Shown: one piece after another, positions 50,363 to 62,747 of the stretch
How the letters are laid out: each line of letters starts with the position of its first letter
Position numbering within the stretch: the first letter of the stretch is position 1
Assembly: GCA_025558095.1 (NCBI GenBank)
Contig: JAIVFI010000009.1
Span: 496,001 to 560,000 of the forward strand
Length of the DNA: 64,000 bases
Origin: Hyaloraphidium curvatum SAG 235-1
Lineage: Eukaryota > Fungi > Monoblepharomycota
Reading direction: 5' to 3'
The notes under the pieces: generated by a model
Database searches by the model: none
What the model was told of the DNA's origin: nothing
Seen by the model: only the letters and a program-made list of their open reading frames with translations
Position numbers and translations under genes: made by a program

Positions 50363-50699
50363 TGGTCTAGTAAACAGATCTATATCACGCCGCCCACGCC
50401 TATCAAAGCCTGTCATCTCCTCGGGCATCCCCCGCCCAAACTACCGGCGCCTGCGGCACGGGTTAGTTTCCTCCCGCCTTTTTGCGACAGGCGCCACCAC
50501 TTCCCGCGGCGGCCGTTGTTGCCGGAAGGGCACACGGCCGGGAGGTCGTGACGCCTATCGCGACGCCACTCTGTCCTCCCCACGCTTCAACCTCTCACAC
50601 ATATCTGTGCTGCTGCCCAATCAGGTCCCGTGCTGCCGTCGGCCATCCCTACCATCACCGGCTGCTTCGTAACCCGATCCGGGTGAGGACGCCGCCGCG

Positions 50700-53600
50700 A
50701 TGGCGTCCATATTTCGGAGCGAGGACATGAGGTCGGTGCCTGCCGCTAGAGCGTGCCGCTCCCGACCGCCATCTGTGGTCATACGACTGACATTCTTGCG
50801 CACTTCTTCAGCCTCGTGCAGGTCTACATCCCGTCCGAAATCGCCCAGGCCACGGTGGCGGGTGGGTCTTCGATACCAGGGCCCGTCCCTCGCAAACGAT
50901 TCGATGAATCTGACGCTTCCCCCGCCATGCAGAGCTCGGCGAGACGGGCCTGATGCAGTTCAAGGACGTGGGTGGTCGACGGGGATTCCCGGGTCGATGT
51001 GGCGCTGACCGTTTCGCCTGCAGCTCAATGGCGACGAGAACGCGTTCAACAGGGCTTTCGTCGGCGAGATCCGCCGTCTCGAGGAAATGGAGAGGAAGCT
51101 CCGTGAGTTGCGCGGCGCTTGCAAGGCTTTGGGAGTGTGCCTGACCCTTTTCCTCGTACCAGGGTTCCTCGAGTCGCAGGTGGACAAGGAAAAGCTGGAC
51201 AAGAAGCCGAACGACGATTCGGTTCCGTACGGCCGTGTCCGCTCGCAGCAGATGGTCGACGAGCTCGAGGCCACCGTCAACGACTACGACGCCCGCATCA
51301 ACCAGATGAACACGTACCAGGAGGGGCTGAACAAGCGCATGCTCGAGCTCACGGAGCTGCGCCACGTCCTCAAGGAGGCCAGCGGATTTTTTGCCGACGT
51401 GAGTTTACATCGCCAGAAGGATGTTGCGGAGGCCGCTTGCTCATCGCTTTTTCCCAGGCCGAGGCGAACCCGGACCTGATCGAGGCGCAAACCCAGGCCA
51501 ACGCCGCGCTCGCTGCCGGCGGCGCCGGGATCGTTCCGCTCCGCTCCGAAACTTCGGTCAACCCGCTGCTGTCCGCCGAGGAGGCCGGCGCCGCCGCCGA
51601 GTCGAGCAAGCTCGAGTTCGTCGCCGGCGTCATCCCCTCGGCAAAGATGGGCGTGTTCGAGCGCATCCTGTGGCGTGTGCTCCGCGGCAACCTGTACATG
51701 AACTCGGCGCCGATCGAGGAGCAGATCCGCGACCCCGTCACGGACGAGCTGGTGCAGAAGAACGTCTTCGTCATCTTCGCGCACGGCAAGGAGGTGCTCA
51801 CCAAGATCCGCAAGATCTCGGAGTCGCTCGGCGCCACGCTGTACCCGGTTGACGAGAACGCCGCCAAGCGCCGCGAGGACGCCCTCGAGTGCCAGGCCAG
51901 GATCGACGATCTCAACAGCGTGCGTATTCGATCCGCTGCCCCTGTTTTGTACTGGCACGTGCTCACGCGCTGCTGCTCCAGGTCCTGTACAACACCAACC
52001 AGACCAGGCGCGCGGAGCTCCTCAAGCTCGCCGACAACATCCAGACCTGGAACACGATGGTCAAGAAGGAGAAGGCGATCTACGCGGCCATGAACACCTT
52101 CAACTACGACGGAAACCGCAAGACCCTCATCGCCGAGGGCTGGGTGCCCGACTACGGCATCCCGGTGCTGCAGCAGTCGCTCCGCGACGTCGCCGAGCGC
52201 ACCACGGCGACCGTCCCGCCCTTCCTCTCGGTCATCGAGACCTCGGAGCGCCCGCCGACGCACTTCCGGCTCAACAAGTTCACCAAGGGCTTCCACCAGA
52301 TCATCGCCGCCTACGGCATCGCGCGCTACAAGGAAGTCAACCCCGGCCTCTTCACCATCATCACCTTCCCCTTCCTCTTCGCGATCATGTTCGGCGATAT
52401 CGGCCACGGCATCTTCATGGCCCTCATCGCCGTGCTCATCTGCTGGTACGAGAAGCCGCTCAAGAAGTACGCCGCGGACGAGATGTTCGGCATGATCTAC
52501 GCGGGTCGGTACATCATCCTCCTCATGGCCTTCTTCTCCATCTACGTCGGCATGGTCTACAACGATATCCTCTCCCTCGGCCTCGAGTTCTACGGCTCGG
52601 GCTGGGAGTTTTGGCCGCCGTACCCGCCGGAGCACAACGCCACCGAGACCCGCCGCCTGTTTGCCCGCGCCGAAACCAACTACCCGCAGCGCGGCTTCCA
52701 GGTACGAACGTTTACGCTGCCCTGCCTTCGCGGTTTCTAACGCCGTCGCTCTTGACAGACCAAGGTGTACCCGTTCGGTGTCGACCCCGCCTGGGTGTGG
52801 GCCTCGAACAAGCTGCTCTTCCTCAACTCGTACAAGATGAAGCAGGCCATCCTGCTCGGCGTCATCCACATGTCGTTCGGCACGTGCCTGCAGGTCGCGA
52901 ACCACATCAAGTTCAAGAACTGGGTCTCGATCGTCTTCGAGTTCATCCCGCAGATCCTCTTCTTCTGGCTCATCTTCGGCTACCTCGGCTTCATGATCGT
53001 CTACAAGTGGTGCACGGACTGGTACTCGCAGGGCCTGCCCCCGCCCAACCTGCTCAACACCCTGATCTACATGTTCCTGTCGCCCGGCCGCGTGGACGAG
53101 CCTCTGTACGCCCAGGGGGTGCGTTGCAGATCTCGTCGTTGTATCCAACTGTCGCGCTGACTGCCATTTCGCAGACCAAGCTCCAGTCGACCCTGCAGGT
53201 CGCCTTCCTCATCATCGCCCTTGTCTCGGTGCCCATCATGCTTCTGCCCAAGCCCTTCATCCTCAAGGCCCAGCACGACAGGAAGGTCAAGGCCGCCAAG
53301 GCCGCGGGCGGTGCCGCCCACGCGCCCGTGTCGATCGAGGACGGCAACGGCGCCGTCGCCGAGGCCGCGCAGGACGTCGACGCCGTCACGCAGGCGCACC
53401 CGACGGTCGACGCTGCCGCGCCCCCGCTCAACGAGGTCGTGGTCAACGGCGAGTCGTCGACCAAGGACGCCCTGGCCAAGGCGGAGCCGCCGCGCCTGTC
53501 CAAGGACCTCACGGGCGTCAAGGCTGCGCCGACGGACACGGAGCTCATGGAGAACTCGGAGACGGCGCTGGTCCAGGCGCACCACGAGGACCACGTGGAC

Positions 53601-54139
53601 CACTTCGACTTTGGCGAGGTCATGATCTACCAGGTCATCCACACGATCGAGTACTGCCTGGGATGCGTGTCCAACACCGCATCGTACCTGCGTCTCTGGG
53701 CTCTGTCGCTCGCCCACGCCCGTACGTTGCTTTCGTCGCATGCGGTGCAGCCGTTCGCTCACTCGCCTGTCCTCCGCAGAGCTTTCCGAAGTGCTGTACA
53801 ACATGACGCTGCAGACCATGTTCAAGCTGGACCCTGGCTTCCTGCAGGTCATCGCCATCTTTGGCGGGTTCGTCGCCTGGTTCACGCTCACCATCGGCAT
53901 CCTGCTCATCATGGAGGGCCTGTCGGCCTTCCTGCACGCGCTGCGTCTGCACTGGGTCGAGTTCAACAACAAATGTGGGTATACCGCGGCTATGCAAACG
54001 GCGATGGATGCTGACCTTGGGGCACGCAGTCTACGAGGGCAGCGGCCGCGAATTCATCCCCTTCGCCTTCTCTCGCATCAACAAGATGGACGACATCGTC
54101 GTGCCCGACACCCCGGGCTTCGCCATCGGCGGGCACTAG
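50700..54139 (+). CDS. VPH1: V-ATPase V0 subunit a
   Basis: [92 protein letters not shown]. Confidence 0.97.
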
Positions 54140-54502
54140 ATGCGCCGGATGCGCAGTTCGATTGGATTTTCGACAATAGAGTTCCCATGTGCGGACATGA
54201 CTCATCTCCGATCCGAAGTAGCTGAATGGCCGCGGTTCCGGACAGCAACTGCGTGTGTTTCATTCTGTGACGGGGATTGATTTTGCTCGCAGAAGAGGCG
54301 ATGTATTTGTCAGCGCTGGAGGAAGAAAGGCTGGGGCCCAGGCCTGGCCGGCGGCGGCGGGGCCGGTGGCGGGCGCGCGGGAGCGGAGACCACCGAGTGT
54401 CTCGCGAAACTCCTTGCCCCGCCGTGCAGACACCCCCGGCCGCGACATCGGCCGGCTCATCCGCCCGCCGAGTGGCCGAGCACTGTTTGGCGGCGTCGCG
54501 CG

Positions 54503-55975
54503 ATGTCGGACAGCGAGGCGAAGGGCCGCAAGCGCGCCCCCGGCCGCAAGGCCTCCGCGGCCGACCCCGCCGAGCGCAAGCAGCGGCGCAAGGAGCAGAA
54601 CCGCCGCGCGCAGGTCGCATTCCGCCAGCGCCAGGAGGACCACCTGCGCGGGCTGGAGAACGCCGCCGCCGCCAACAAGCAGGTCGGCGTCGAGAACTCG
54701 CGGCGCCTCCGCGAGCACGCGACCTACCTCCGAGGCGTCGTGGCCACGCTGCTCGACGACAACCGCGTGCTGCTCGAGGCGCTGCGCCGCCACCCCGGGG
54801 TGCGCGTGGACGACTTGAACCGAATCATCAATGGCGAGCACCTGCTGGCCGCAGGCTTGGCGCCTGAGCCCGAGCTGCTGGACTATCCGCCGCCGGTCGA
54901 GCCCGTGCATGCAAGCAAGTCGGTCGCACGGTCGTCGCCGTACCCCGAGTCGCCGCCGGCCAGTGACGGCACCTCGCCGCCGATGGGCAACGGGTCCGTG
55001 GTCAAGACCGAGAACATCTTCGGCAATGGCTACGGCGGCTATCCGAGCGCGCAGCCCCCGGCCATGCAGCAGTTGCCGTTTGCTGCCGCCCCCCAGACCT
55101 CGTACATGCAGCCGCTGGCCGACGCGGCGTCGATGGCCAGCCTGCACAGCGGCCAGTCGGTGCAGGGCTACAGCGTGCCCGCCCAGCCCTTTGCCGGCAG
55201 CCCCGGCCCCTACTTCACCCAGCAACTGCAACCCCAGGGCCAGAATGTCATGTTTGGTGGTGCGGTCGGCGGCCTCCAGGATTCCGGCAGCCTGATGAAC
55301 TTCGGCCTCAAGGGCATGAACGGCCTGAGCAATTTGGGCGTCCAGCAAGACGTACTCGGCGCTCCCGCCCTCGATGCTGCCTACGTCGATGACCCCATCT
55401 TCCTGAACTTCCCAGAGAATGACCCGTTGTTTGGCTCGCTGATGAATGTGCCGGTGCCGGACGACGAGGCCCCGCAGGGTGTCGCGCCCTCGATCGAGCG
55501 CCCCCCCGCCGCTGTCTTCAAGGAGTTTGCCGACCGCCTGCTCGCCAGCTACGGCATCTTCCTCGACGCCGGCACGGACGCCGACGGCAACCCGACGCTG
55601 GACCTGAACGAGCTGCGCATCAACCAGTCCGAGCTCCCCATGATGCCTGTCGTCAACGTACCCTCCCCGGTCCAATCGAACCCCTCGCCCCCGCAGACCG
55701 GCGCCCCCGAAGTCTGCGTCGTGGACCCCCTGGCGCAGGTCGTCGACGACGACAAGCTCTCGCGGTGCATCCAGGCGCTGCCGAACCTCACCATGCGGGA
55801 AAAGATCAAGGCCCTCCGCCGCAGCGGCTTCGTCAACGTCGACAAGCTGTGCGAGGACGTGCGCGGGCTGGCGAGGTGCCACGGGAACCCGAAGGACATC
55901 AGGGACTGGAGCCTGCCCAGCGGGTTCTTCGACAGGTGGCCGGTGCTGCGGGGGATCCCTATTCGGGTGCGGTGA
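54503..55975 (+). CDS. bZIP transcription factor (YAP-like basic region, DUF3425-like C-terminus)
   Basis: RRKEQNRRAQVAFRQRQE plus leucine zipper; C-terminal LC......CHG.P.D...W.LP..FF.RW. Confidence 0.88.
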   Translation: MSDSEAKGRKRAPGRKASAADPAERKQRRKEQNRRAQVAFRQRQEDHLRGLENAAAANKQVGVENSRRLREHATYLRGVVATLLDDNRVLLEALRRHPGVRVDDLNRIINGEHLLAAGLAPEPELLDYPPPVEPVHASKSVARSSPYPESPPASDGTSPPMGNGSVVKTENIFGNGYGGYPSAQPPAMQQLPFAAAPQTSYMQPLADAASMASLHSGQSVQGYSVPAQPFAGSPGPYFTQQLQPQGQNVMFGGAVGGLQDSGSLMNFGLKGMNGLSNLGVQQDVLGAPALDAAYVDDPIFLNFPENDPLFGSLMNVPVPDDEAPQGVAPSIERPPAAVFKEFADRLLASYGIFLDAGTDADGNPTLDLNELRINQSELPMMPVVNVPSPVQSNPSPPQTGAPEVCVVDPLAQVVDDDKLSRCIQALPNLTMREKIKALRRSGFVNVDKLCEDVRGLARCHGNPKDIRDWSLPSGFFDRWPVLRGIPIRVR

Positions 55976-56066
55976 GGACTCTTTGTGCGGAAGAAAATGT
56001 TGTTTGTCGTCGGTTGGCTTTGTCTTGTTCATGTGGGTATCGGACAAAAGTGAAATCTGTACAATG

Positions 56067-58993
56067 CTACCGGTTGGTCACCCGGGTGAAGATGGACGAC
56101 ATCCTGCTTCCCGCGTCCTTCGTGGGAGAGTCGCCCGCGACCTCCCGCCTGAGCCGCTCCAGGAGCTGGTCCAGGTTGCGCCGCTTCTGCTCCTGCTGCG
56201 CGTCCTTGCGCTTGAACATGCCCGAGTCGGGCGGTTGCAATCTGCGCGCGCTGTCAGCCGCGAATCCACGCTTCGGCAGAGCATGATACCCACTTTTCGA
56301 AGAGCGAAATGGCGTCCGTGACCCGCACCCGCGGATACGACTTGGACCGGCCCTGGGGCGTCGCAAAATCCTCGGGCTTCTCCGACTGTGCGAGGTTGAT
56401 GAGCTGTCGCACCTCGGCGAAGCATTCCACCACGTTGGCGTCGCCGAGCGTCGCGAGGAAGCCTTCGACGTACGAGACGTCGGCGTTGAGGGTTTCGACA
56501 AAGGCGGGGGTGATTTGGAAGATGTTGGGGTCGAGGAGGATTTTCTGGGCGAGCATGCGATGCGTCAGGTTAGGAGCGAGCACCGCAGTCAAGTCCACGC
56601 ACCTTAAAGTTGTTGTTGAGGTGGTCGAAGATGTCAAAGTACACGAAGGACTTCATCCCCGCGGGCAGCGCCGACAGCGTCGACGAGATGGTGGTCGACA
56701 GCCAACCGACCATGTCCTGCAGCCACGCGCTCGGCCGCTGTGCCGCATAGGGCGCCACGAAATCGTAGTCCACGAGCTCCATGAAGTTGTCCAGCTTGTC
56801 GTTGATGATCTGGAATATCCGCTTCTCGGCCGTCTTGTGCGTGTCGCGGAAGGTCTGCACCGCGTGCAGCGTGACCTTGCCGCTGCGGTAGGCCGCGCGC
56901 TGCTCCTGCACCAGGCGCTCGAACTCGCCGCACGCGAGCTCGTAGTACGTCAGGTTGGTCACGATCTGGACGACCTGGGTCAGGTTGTTGCCCTTGAGCC
57001 GCTGGAGCAGGGCGCCGTTGACGTTGCGCGACAGCAGCGCCTCGAGCGCCTTCTTGAAGATGTCGTCCATCTCGCCGTACTGCTGCGAGAACCCCTCGGT
57101 GAACTTGTAGAAGCCCGTAATGAAACGCTTGATGGTCGTGCAGGTCTGCGGGAAACCGCGCGAGAAGGGGAGCGTCCGAGGGAAGCCCTTGGCGGCCGTT
57201 TCCATGTCCTCCTCGATGTTGAAGGCCTTTTGGACCCCGTGGAACTCGTCCTGGCTTCGGACGGTCATGGGCGTGTAATCGTCGTCGTCCAAGATCTGTA
57301 AAGGCGGCATGTGAGCAACAACCTGGAATGGAAAGGCGCGGCGGCCCACCTTTTGGACCTTTTCTCCGGCGGTCAGTCGGAGCAGGTCCGAGTAGCGGTT
57401 GAAGAGGGAAAGAAGGAGCTCGTACAGGCGAGTGACGGGGTAGTCGTACGTCTCCATGGTGTGGATGAAGACAACAACGAGCACCTTGATCTCGAGGAAG
57501 ATCTCGGGATCGTAGCAATTCAGCAGGCTGTCCCCAACGATCTTGAGGATCTTCTCGACGGCAATGTCCCACAGCGTTTCCGCGGCCGCGCGGGTCCGCA
57601 GGTTCTCGGTGGTATCGCACACCACGGATTCGATGACGAAGAAACCGACAATATCCTGGAGGTAGGTGGCAAAGGTGCCGATCTGCGCCCGGCTCGCGAG
57701 GTGGAAGGCCCCGGTGAGGACGAGGTTCAGCTGCGCCTTGCGGTTCTCGTCGTACTGCTTCTTGAACTCGTCGTCCCGCCCGAGTGTGGTATAGATATGA
57801 TGGGCCTGGTATAGGGGAATAAAGTCGACCTTGAGCTGGTCGTTGTCCACGACGTTGACTGCATGATGCGGTTCCTCAGTAAGCTATGCGCAACGCAGCG
57901 AAACGCTCGCTCACAGTCGTTCTCCTCATTCAGGGCCAGCTCCACGCTGAGGCTCATTTGCGCGAGCTGGGCCTTCTCCTCCGGGTTCCGCCCGCCCGTG
58001 CCCGACATGTTGACCGCGCCTTGGGAGCCAACCCGGCCGAGGCTGATCACTGAGCCGGCACGCCGCCGCAGGTTCTCGAACTTGGACTTCTGGCGCGCCA
58101 GGGTCGCGTCCATCGCGAGTTTGCCGACCTTCCGGTGCATTTCGCGGATTTGGAACAGCCAGGTCTTCATCTGGCCGTCCACGTCGGCCATGACCTTGCT
58201 CCGCAGTGCCGGAAAGCTCTCCTTCATGTGCTTGGCCCATTCGTAGTGGATAACATCGGGGAGGTAGTTCGTTTCCAGGTCCTCAAGCAGCTGGTAAATG
58301 GGCAATCAAGCACCGTACCCAAGAAGGCAAGCCGCCGGATGTACCTTAAGCGCGCTGTAGTACTTTTTGGCCTCCACCTGTGTGTACATCCGGTTTGATA
58401 ACCGGAGCACCTCCAGGCACGTGTTGACGCCGTCCATGGTGGTTTCCAAGTTCTCCAGCACTTTTCGCTGCTTGAGGAGCTCCCGTTTCTTTCCGTGCCC
58501 GTCAGTCTAACAGTTTCAAAAATCCTTCCAGCGCGATGGTCACCTTGTTCAAGAGTCGCTGTCCTGAAGCTTGTCTCTCCTCGTTCAGCCGAACAACGCG
58601 GTTCTTCAAGTCCGCGGCCGTCTGCCGGACCCTCAGCATCTGGTCCACCGCCTGCACGAACTCCTAGACGATATCCCGTGGTATGAGCAGTCCACACACG
58701 CGACGAATTGCGTCGGAACGCGCCTGGTAGTTATAGCTGCAGAGGCGTTCGATCTCCTCTTGCTTCGCCCTGGCAAACTTGCCCAGCTCCTCCGCGAACG
58801 ACCGCTGACGCCCCGTCCGAAAGATATTCTTCAGAGTAGGAATCATGGCCTCAAACTCCGCGTCCGTCGACCCCCGAAAGTCTCCAGTGCGGTCCTGGTC
58901 AACTGTCGTTGACAGCAGCTGCGACACGAGGCCCTTCATTTCCGCGGATAGCGCCTCGGCCGCGCCCTGGGAGCCGGCCGAGATCTCCGCCAT
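56067..58993 (-). CDS. SEC15: Exocyst subunit Sec15
   Basis: EIERLCSYNYQ, VDFIPLYQAHHIY, YLQDIVGFFVIE, LPFSRGFP, F.EVRQL.NL; multi-intron. Confidence 0.93.
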
Positions 58994-59171
58994 TGACGCG
59001 TTCCCAAAAGGCCCAATGTCAATCGATCATCGCCGTTTCCGCTCGCTCGAGACGACCGTCAGGGACCTGGCGCGGCGGGCCGATCGCGTCGATCGCGCAC
59101 CGCCGCCCGTCACAACGTTCCACCGTCCGCGCGCGCTTATCTGTTTCCTGGGCAGGCGGTGGGCCTCCGCG

Positions 59172-61282
59172 ATGGCCACGCTCGAAGTCAAATCGCCGGG
59201 GGATGGGAGCACCGTGGCAAAGGTCAAGCTGACCACGAAGGATGAGCTCGAGGGCCTCGGCAAGCGGGCGAGGGAGGCCTTCAAGACTTGGAGGAAGACA
59301 CCATTGAAACAGCGCCAGGAGATCTGCAGCAAGTGGTGCGATGTTATGATGTCCAAGCGGGAGGAGATTGGCAAGGAGCTAGCACGGCAGATGGGACGGT
59401 GTGCTTCCACCAACAGCTTCAGTGCCAGCACGGTCTCATCTTCCATGTGGCCAGGCCGATTCGATATGCGCCGAACGAAGTCAATACCGGGGTTACACGG
59501 GCCAAGTACATGATTCATATCAGCTCCAAGTATTTGGCAGATCAAGACGTCTCCCAGGACGACCCGGAACCTCAAACGGGCTTCAAGCGCTTCCTCCGGC
59601 GGGAGCCTGTTGGCGTGTGCTTCGTTCTCTCGCCCTTTAACTACCCGATCCTCGTCGCCGTCAACGCCGTCATTCCTGTAGGCGTCCTCCTTCCTTGGCC
59701 ATGGAACCAGCTTACCACTCGTGCACTTAACCAGGCTCTCCTTGCGGGCAACGCCGTGGTGCTGAAACACTCTCCATTCACGGCTCTTGTCGGCGAACGG
59801 TTCGCGAGCACGTTTCTCGAGGCTGGCCTCCCGAAAGACGTCCTGCAAGCGGTGCAGATGGAGCCCGATGTGGCCGATGCCTTTGTTCGCTCCCCGTACG
59901 TGGACTTCATCAGCTTCACCGGATCGGTTCGGACGGGGCAGATCGTGAACCGAGCTGCCGCCGAATCCGGCAAGCTCGTGAACGTCGTCCTGGAGCTCGG
60001 AGGAAAGGATCCGGCCTACGTCATGCCGGACGCGGACGTGGACTTTGCGGTCGAGAACCTCGTCGACGGTTTGCCTTGTCCTCGTCCGAAACGAAGGAGG
60101 AGGAAGGTAACCTGGCCCGTCTTCTTCAGGCGCCATGTTCAACTCGGGCCAATGCTGCTGCGGCATTGAGCGGATCTACGTCCACGAGAAGATTTACGAC
60201 GAGTTCGTGAAAAAATTCGTGGACCTCACAAACACCTACAAGCTAGGGGACCCGCTGGATCCGGAGACGACAATCGGGCCCATGGTCAACTCGATGATGG
60301 CCAAAAAGGTGCGGGAGCACGTGAAGGATGCCCGTAAGCTTCGTTCTGGTACCGCTAGCCCCGTCCCCTGATTTCCATGTCATCCAGTTGCTTGCGGCGC
60401 GAAGCAGCTCGTCGACCTGAAGAAGTTCCCGCTCGACAAGGACGGCACGCCGTACGTTGCTCCTATGGTGTTCACCGAGGTCGATCACACTATGAAGATT
60501 ATGAATGAGGTACGATTTGCGATATGGCGCGCATTGGGCTTTTATATTGACCGTCGTGAGCAGGAGACCTTCGGACCGACCGTCGGCATAATGAAGGTAA
60601 AGAGCGACGAGGAGGCAATCAAGCTCATGAACGACAGCGAGTACGGCCTCACCGCATCGATTTGGACGGTGGGTGGTGCAAATCATTGCACCGGCGTGTC
60701 TCAAACTTCGGCCTTAGTCCGACGTCGAGAAGGGCCAGGCCATCGGCGACGAGATCGAAACCGGCACGGTTTACCTTAATCGGTGTGACTATGGCGATCC
60801 CGGTCTCGCCTGGACGGGCGCCAAGTACTCGGGCCGCGGCGCCTCTATGAGCAAATACGGCTGGGACTTGATGACACGAATCAAGTCGTACCACATTCGC
60901 ATTCCTCCCAAGCCCCAGGTGGCGGAAGGCGAGGCGACAGTCAAGGCAGCGGCGGCGCCTGTTGCTGCGAACGGCAAGGCCGAGGAGAAGGGCAGCTACA
61001 TCGTCGTGTTCAAGAAGGGCACGACGAAGGCGGACGTGGAGAAGGCGATTAAGAACGTGGAGGCGTCGGGAGGGACTATTCGGCACCGCTACGACTCTGT
61101 GTTTACTGGTTTTGCCGCCGACGTGCCCGACAGTGTCCTCAGTGAGTGCTTTTGGGCAGCGAGGCGTGGATCGAGGACTGATTCTGTTGTGCCATGAAGC
61201 CGCTATGACAAACCATCCCCAAGTGGACTACATCGAGGCCGACGGGGTCGTGTCTACGCTGGGCAAGAAACTCGGGATCTGA
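59172..61282 (+). CDS. NAD(P)-dependent aldehyde dehydrogenase with C-terminal I9 peptidase-inhibitor domain
   Basis: [46 protein letters not shown]; the frame continues without a stop into [29 protein letters not shown]. Confidence 0.88.
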
Positions 61283-61393
61283 CTTCGCACTCGTCTATAA
61301 AGCTGGCTAGTGTCCTGGGTATAGAGCGATGATTCTGAAATGGCAGGCGCCGACATGGCGTTGAGCTTCTTCGTCCGTTTGGGCATCCTCCGA

Positions 61394-62242
61394 TCACGCC
61401 AGCTTGCTCATCAGGAACGCCTTGATGCTCTGCCAGTCGTGCGCTCGAATGACGTTGGGCGGTAGCGGCCGGCAACGCTCCGTCAGATGGTTCCAACGAT
61501 ACTCGCCGCGGAGATCAAACAGCACAACGTGGGGAAGGTGGTCCGCAACATCGCGAGCTACGGGGGCAGAATCAGCGAATCAGAGCCCGCTCCTCTGGTC
61601 CGCCAGAGGCCACTAACCGTGGTCCAGCGAGTCGTCAATCAGCGCAACTGCTTCGATGAGCCTGCAAAGCTGGCTCTTGCTCCGCTGCTTCAACCCGGCG
61701 GCCTTTTCCTCGGCCGTCAGGAACGAGTTGCCGTACAAGACGCGGTGGGCGGTCCCGTCATGGAACATCCCCGGGAAATGCGTGTCCAACCAGCGTTCCG
61801 TCAGGGCCCGCGACGTCTCGGGGCGCGAGGTCACAATGTACAGCTCAAAGTGGTTGGCGAGGTCGGCGAGAGACTCCTGCGACATGGCGACCGGAGGCAC
61901 CGCCTCGTAGTGGTGCGACTCGCAAAACTGCCTCACGATACGGATGGATTCCTCCATGGAACACTGCCACACGTCGCAGTAGTTGTAGGAGCGATAATCC
62001 GAGAGCTGCGTGCGCCTTCCCGACACAAGCTCGAAGAATCGGATGATGCCTTCGTGCGTTGCGGCCAGAGTCTCGTCCAAGTCGATGGCCAGGGCAGGTT
62101 TCGGCCGCGAGACCGGGAGGTTCCGAGGAACGGTTCCGCTGTCGTCGTCGACGGCGTTCCCATGGCTGCCGTGGTAGTGGCCCGCGAAAGAGTGCGGCAG
62201 AAACACCGACGAGGGTTGCGCGGCTGCCGTCGCGGTCGCCAT
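61394..62242 (-). CDS. HAD-family 5'(3')-nucleotidase (NT5C-like)
   Basis: LAIDLDETLA, LYIVTSR, T..WL..HFP, K, LIDDS, Y.WN, V.RA.DW; one intron near 61560-61617. Confidence 0.88.
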
Positions 62243-62747
62243 GCGGAGACTGCCTTGGCCCAGGGTGTGCGTGCGCAGGAACCAGCGACGATGGATCGCG
62301 ACCTGCGAACCTGGCTGAGTGGCTCCGGGGATCGAACGCCTCGTCCGCATACAACCTACGCCCCGATCGAGGCATGGAATGCTTTGATTTGACGTAACCA
62401 TCGGAAGAGAGGATGCGCAGTAATATAACGTTCTGATTGCCCTCGGTGGAGCTGGCCGTTCGATGGTGGAGACCAGATTGGAGAACCTCAACGTCTTGAT
62501 CGCCAGCCTTACCGACCAGATCGCTGCGGGTGCAATGGAGCTGCAGTGCTTAAGAAGGCTCAGAACGGCTTTCTATCTTCGGAAGGGACGATACGGCCGC
62601 GTGCCGCGCCGCCTATTCCCGCTCAGCTCCAGGAAGCAGACATCAAACAAAACAACAATCTGTCGAGCCGAACAGGATCCGCATCTGAGCCCACAGGGGC
62701 ACTCGCCTTGACGACTGTGAAGGCCCGAGCGCGGGCGGTCTTTCGCG

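Larger units (their letters stand above)
42037..50376 (-). mobile_element. Candidate composite DNA element of about 8.3 kb (DDE transposase plus serine recombinase); ends tentative
   Basis: Non-housekeeping block between CWC25 and VPH1 with two recombination enzymes; inverted 8-bp TGTTTACT (42037) / AGTAAACA (50369-50376); GGGTT repeat array; no TSD seen. Confidence 0.55.

Noticed and set aside
50340-50372. Helitron 3' end (small hairpin plus CTAG|T); also TC at the 5431 junction
   Set aside because: The hairpin stem is only 4 bp, no Rep-helicase is present, and the duplication unit does not end in CTRR.
42028-50385. Target-site duplication for the island
   Set aside because: The flanks GGAGAATAA and GATCTATAT do not match, so the element ends remain tentative.
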